In this document: one piece after another, positions 60,369 through 64,000 of the stretch | Numbering within the stretch: the first letter of the stretch is position 1 | Layout: each line of letters starts with the position of its first letter | Notes under the pieces: model-generated | What the model saw: only the letters and a program-made list of their open reading frames with translations | What the model was told of the DNA's origin: nothing | Databases searched by the model: none | Assembly (NCBI GenBank): GCA_016184345.1 | Contig: JACPCV010000006.1 | Location: 128,065-192,064, forward strand | Length of the DNA stretch: 64,000 nt | Direction: 5' to 3' | Origin: Candidatus Woesearchaeota archaeon | GTDB lineage: Archaea; Nanobdellota; Nanobdellia; Woesearchaeales; UBA10216 | Made by a program: the position numbers and the translations under genes

Positions 60369-60430
60369 TTTAGAAGCAGCGGCTAATCAGTGCCTATTTA
60401 AAATTAGTGCTAAAAAAGAATAACCAAAAA

Positions 60431-61168
60431 TTAGTCCGTATCAACCCTTGGCGCGAGTATGAATGCCATCATTACCTTGTCCACTGTTGCGTAAGTGATT
60501 TTGAGCGGGTAGTCCTTGTTGAACTGGATTAATACCCTATCCGAGAGCTTGCTGCCTTCTATCATTTTTTTCAGGTATTCTATGGAGTATTTTGCTTTTG
60601 TCTTTTCCTTGGCAGCCACTTTGGTTGTTTCTGAGTCCCTGATTTCTATCGCTGCCGTGTTGAGGTCGCCCTCTGCCTGCAGCGAGAGCTTGCCTGGCTC
60701 TGCAACCAGGCTGACCGATTCTGAGACTATGTCTGCGTCGTTGACTGCCTCGTTGAACAGGGCTGCGTCAGCCTCTATGTTTACGGGGAATGCCAGCTCA
60801 GGGACTTTCTGGTCCTTCTCCTCCATGTCAATTATCGGCAGGCTGAATGTCCTTGTGGATGCTGACTTGAGCTGTATCTTGAGCTTGTTTGCGTCAAGCT
60901 CCAGTGTGAGCATATCTGTAGGATTAGCCCTCCTTAGTATCTGCTTGAGGTTTGTGAGGTTTATGGCTATGTCTGCCGGCTTTTCAACATCGTACTCTGT
61001 GAATGCTGTTGGCAGGAGCTTGAATATGACCATTGCCACGTTTGCAGGGTCCATTGCTACAAGCTCTATGCCGTCTTTTGAAATCCTGAGCTTTGCCTCA
61101 TTGACAAGCTCTGAGATTATGGCTATGCTCTCTTTTAAGTACTTCGGCTCTGCAAGTGTCAGCCTCAT
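60431..61168 (-). CDS. pcn: DNA polymerase sliding clamp (PCNA)
   Basis: 245 aa with a two-domain PCNA pattern (ISKDGIELVAMDPANVAMV... / KYSIEYLKKM...), plus an acidic C-terminus. Confidence 0.85.
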   Translation of the reverse strand: MRLTLAEPKYLKESIAIISELVNEAKLRISKDGIELVAMDPANVAMVIFKLLPTAFTEYDVEKPADIAINLTNLKQILRRANPTDMLTLELDANKLKIQLKSASTRTFSLPIIDMEEKDQKVPELAFPVNIEADAALFNEAVNDADIVSESVSLVAEPGKLSLQAEGDLNTAAIEIRDSETTKVAAKEKTKAKYSIEYLKKMIEGSKLSDRVLIQFNKDYPLKITYATVDKVMMAFILAPRVDTD

Positions 61169-61205
61169 GTTTCAACCCCCAAGATAGTTGCTGCGTCCGC
61201 TGCGT

Positions 61206-61706
61206 CTATTTATATATTTTTTGCAGCGCAACGCTCGTTACGAACACCAACGCCTTCGCCAAAAGCAGCGGATTAAAGCCTGTTTCCTTTAGTATTTCCA
61301 AAAGCGGAGCGCGTTGCACTTTCGTAACGTTAGTTTTCCCTATGATTGCATCAGCTATGCGTTCCTTAAACATTTGAAGCAGCGGTGTTGGGAGCCTGTT
61401 TGCGCTGAAAAAGCCGAGCCGGATTGACTCCCAGTTCTTCCTGAGCCTGCCGCCGGTGACTTTGCACATGAATAAGTGAGTTGCGTGGCCGTACATCCAG
61501 TGCTTGATAAGATACTTGCCAACGTACGCTGTCGGATTTACCTTAAGCCCTGTTTCCTCAAGCACCTCGCGCACAGCAGCTTGTTGGGGAGTTTCACCTT
61601 CCTCGATCTTTCCGCCAGGAAGCGCCCAGATTGGCACATCGCTTCTCAGCTGAAGCAAAACTTCACCTTCTTTGTTAATAATTACGGCTGTTGCCCCTTC
61701 TCTCAT
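61206..61706 (-). CDS. NUDIX hydrolase
   Basis: Nudix box GGKIEEGETPQQAAVREVLEETG. Confidence 0.82.
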   Translation of the reverse strand: MREGATAVIINKEGEVLLQLRSDVPIWALPGGKIEEGETPQQAAVREVLEETGLKVNPTAYVGKYLIKHWMYGHATHLFMCKVTGGRLRKNWESIRLGFFSANRLPTPLLQMFKERIADAIIGKTNVTKVQRAPLLEILKETGFNPLLLAKALVFVTSVALQKIYK

Positions 61707-61808
61707 GCTGGGAAGGTTGCAGCTGCCGGTTAAAAAGCTTGTCAGAACTAACCATGCCCGCCATCTCCAATAACAAAGTTTAAAATAAGCTGCTTCTGCT
61801 GCTTAATC

Positions 61809-62738
61809 ATGGCCAACCTTGTTATTGTCGGCTCCCTTGCTCTTGACACTGTAAAGACCCCTTTCGGGCAGGTCAGGGATGCGCTTGGGGGAGCAGCCAC
61901 TTACGCCAGCTACTCTGCCTCGTTCTTCACAAAGCCAGCCACAGCCACAACAGGCGTTGTTGGGGTCGTTGGAGTAGTTGGCAACGATTTTCCAAAACAG
62001 CATCTGCAGCTGCTGCAGCAAAGGGGAATTGACACCTCAGGTGTTTCTGTTGACAAAACCGGCAACACATTCAGGTGGGAGGGCTGTTACGAGTACGACA
62101 TGAACGAGGCAAAGACGGTCATGACAGAGCTTGGCGTTTTCGCGAATTTCAGGCCGCAGCTGCCAGACAGCTACAAAAGTGCTGAGTACGTCTTCCTCGC
62201 AAACATAGACCCAGAGCTCCAGCTTAAAGTGCTTAAGCAGGTAAGAAAGCCCAAACTTGTGCTGCTCGACACAATGAATTATTGGATACAAAACAAAAAG
62301 CAACTGCTGCTGGACGTGATTAAGAAGGTTGATGTGCTGCTGCTGAATGACAGCGAGGCAAGGCAGTTATTCGAAACTCCTAATCTTGTCAAGGCAGCGG
62401 CAACAGCGTTGAAGCTTGGCCCAAAGTACATCATAATCAAGAAAGGCGAGCACGGCGCCTTGCTGTTCAGTGATGGAAATCACTTCAGCGCCCCAAGCTA
62501 CCCTCTTGAAGCAATCAAGGACCCGACTGGCTGCGGCGACAGCTTCGCAGGCGCCCTGATTGGCTATCTGGCATCCAAAAACAGCAGCAGCGAAAAGGAA
62601 ATAAGAAAAGCCATAATTTACGGTTCTGTTGTCGCGTCATTTAACGCTGAGGATTTTAGCTTGGAAAGGATGAAACACATCGCGGCAGAGGATATTGAAA
62701 AACGGTATGAGGAGTTTGAGAGGATTAGGGAGTTCTAG
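61809..62738 (+). CDS. PfkB-family carbohydrate/nucleoside kinase
   Basis: GGAATYASY, IIIKKGEHGA, DPTGCGDSFAGA (PfkB signature 2). Adjacent to ahcY, so an adenosine/nucleoside kinase role is possible. Confidence 0.8.
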   Translation: MANLVIVGSLALDTVKTPFGQVRDALGGAATYASYSASFFTKPATATTGVVGVVGVVGNDFPKQHLQLLQQRGIDTSGVSVDKTGNTFRWEGCYEYDMNEAKTVMTELGVFANFRPQLPDSYKSAEYVFLANIDPELQLKVLKQVRKPKLVLLDTMNYWIQNKKQLLLDVIKKVDVLLLNDSEARQLFETPNLVKAAATALKLGPKYIIIKKGEHGALLFSDGNHFSAPSYPLEAIKDPTGCGDSFAGALIGYLASKNSSSEKEIRKAIIYGSVVASFNAEDFSLERMKHIAAEDIEKRYEEFERIREF

Positions 62739-62793
62739 CTGCCGCAATAGCGTAAACTTTATAATACGTTCAGCAACTGCAGCTGTCGGAAAA

Positions 62794-64000
62794 ATGGACG
62801 AAACCCAGAACTACGCTGTGAAGGACCTCTCCCTTGCAGAGCAGGGCCTGAAGAATATTGAGTTTGCCGAAAGGGAAATGGGCGCTTTGCTGAAAGTCAG
62901 GGAGCGCTTTGCGAAAGAGAAGCCGCTTAAAGGGCTGCGCGTGGGCATGGCCTTGCATGTTACGAAAGAAACTGCGGTTCTTGTGAAGACTCTAATTGCT
63001 GGTGGCGCTGACGTTTCTATCTGCGGCTGCAATCCGCTCTCAACCCAGGATGACGTTGCTGCTGCCTTGGCGAAATCAGGTGTGAAGGTTTTCGCTTACA
63101 AGGGCGAAACAAAGGAGGATTATTACAAGTTCCTCAATGCTGTTATTGCGGCGAAGCCGAACATAACTATTGATGACGGCTGCGACCTGGTTTCAGAGAT
63201 TCACAACAAGCACCCGCAACTGATAAAAGATATTATTGGCGGTGCTGAGGAAACTTCTACAGGAGTAATACGGCTTAAGGCGATGGAAAAAGATAATGCC
63301 CTGAAATATCCTGTTGTTGCTGTCAATGAGTCAAACACAAAGCACCTGATGGACAACGTTAAGGGCACTGGCCAGTCCACAATAGACGGAATCCTTAGGG
63401 CAACGAATATTTTATTGGCAGGGAGGAACTTTGTTGTTTGCGGCTACGGCGATTGCGGCAAGGGCCTTGCAAAGAGGGCGCAGGGCATGGACGCGCACGT
63501 TATCGTCATTGAGGTTGACCCGTTCAGGGCATTGCAGGCTGTCATGGACGGCTTCAGGGTCATGCCAATAAGTGAAGCAGCAAAAATTGGCGATATCTTC
63601 GCTACAGTTACCGGCAACAAGAACGTCATTGACGTTGACCACATGAAGCTTATGAAAGACGGTGCTGTTCTGGCCAATTCCGGGCATTTTGATGCTGAAA
63701 TCAACATAAATGGCTTGAGGAAAGTTGCGAAAAGCGAGAGGAAGATAAGGCAGTTTATGGACGAGTTCACGCTTGACAACAAAAGGATTTACATCCTTGG
63801 AGAAGGACGCCTTATCAACCTCGCAGCTGCCGAGGGCCACCCTTCTGCCATAATGGCGATGTCATTCTGCAACCAGGCGTTTGCCTGCGAATACCTTGTT
63901 AAGAACAAGGGCAAGCTGAAGCCTGGGGTTCATGTTCTTCCTCATGAAAAGGATGATGAAGTAGCAAGGCTGCAGCTCGCTGCTATGGGCGTTGAAATAG
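62794..64000 (+). CDS. ahcY: S-adenosyl-L-homocysteine hydrolase, 3' end beyond the window
   Basis: Hand translation from ATG 62794: MDETQNYAVKDLSLAEQGLKNIEFAEREMGALL...LKGLRVGMALHVTKETAVL...CGCNPLSTQDDVAAAL...GYGDCGKG.... Not in the ORF track because it is open-ended. Confidence 0.9.
   Translation, partial: MDETQNYAVKDLSLAEQGLKNIEFAEREMGALLKVRERFAKEKPLKGLRVGMALHVTKETAVLVKTLIAGGADVSICGCNPLSTQDDVAAALAKSGVKVFAYKGETKEDYYKFLNAVIAAKPNITIDDGCDLVSEIHNKHPQLIKDIIGGAEETSTGVIRLKAMEKDNALKYPVVAVNESNTKHLMDNVKGTGQSTIDGILRATNILLAGRNFVVCGYGDCGKGLAKRAQGMDAHVIVIEVDPFRALQAVMDGFRVMPISEAAKIGDIFATVTGNKNVIDVDHMKLMKDGAVLANSGHFDAEININGLRKVAKSERKIRQFMDEFTLDNKRIYILGEGRLINLAAAEGHPSAIMAMSFCNQAFACEYLVKNKGKLKPGVHVLPHEKDDEVARLQLAAMGVEI

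Noticed and set aside
1-64000. Search for CRISPR arrays, rRNA genes and IS transposases or integrases.
   Set aside because: I saw no regularly spaced 25-40-nt repeats, no rRNA-like conserved stretches, and no DDE, tyrosine or serine recombinase motifs in any frame.

Overview
The window reads as an archaeal chromosome segment. The evidence is a set of archaeal-type informational and central-metabolism genes: Nop5-fibrillarin, PCNA, RFC large subunit, XPD, ATP-dependent DNA ligase, RNase J, type II GAPDH, FBP aldolase/phosphatase, and Cys/Val/Gly tRNA ligases. There are two tRNAs, Pro-CGG and Leu-CAG. Shine-Dalgarno-like GGAGG/GAGGTG motifs and TATA-like boxes are visible. Core genes are about 50% GC by eye. 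Several visibly AT-rich insertions interrupt them. (i) 888-3406: a C5-methyltransferase / putative restriction endonuclease / Vsr module. (ii) 6246-7122: a UPF0175-PIN toxin-antitoxin (TA) cassette bracketed by a duplicated msrB 3' end. (iii) 22.9-36.2 kb, between valS and a pseudouridine synthase gene: a roughly 13 kb accessory island. The island holds two wHTH-nucleotidyltransferase/HEPN pairs (one HEPN decayed), a RelE-like gene, two AbrB-PIN pairs, a TumE/wHTH-like pair and a broken Bro-N/DinD-like gene. It also holds the most interesting part of the window. This is an amino-DNA-methyltransferase converging on a tightly coupled four-gene operon (70 aa; Zn-ribbon 312 aa; 783 aa GHKL-like + Ig-like; 222 aa wHTH-like). 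I cannot match that operon to any named defence system. The island's intergenic regions carry at least four repeat families. One is a roughly 92-nt four-way-junction element present twice with fully compensatory stem changes. No rRNA genes or CRISPR arrays were seen. All protein calls rest on motif recognition by eye from the supplied translations. No database search was run.
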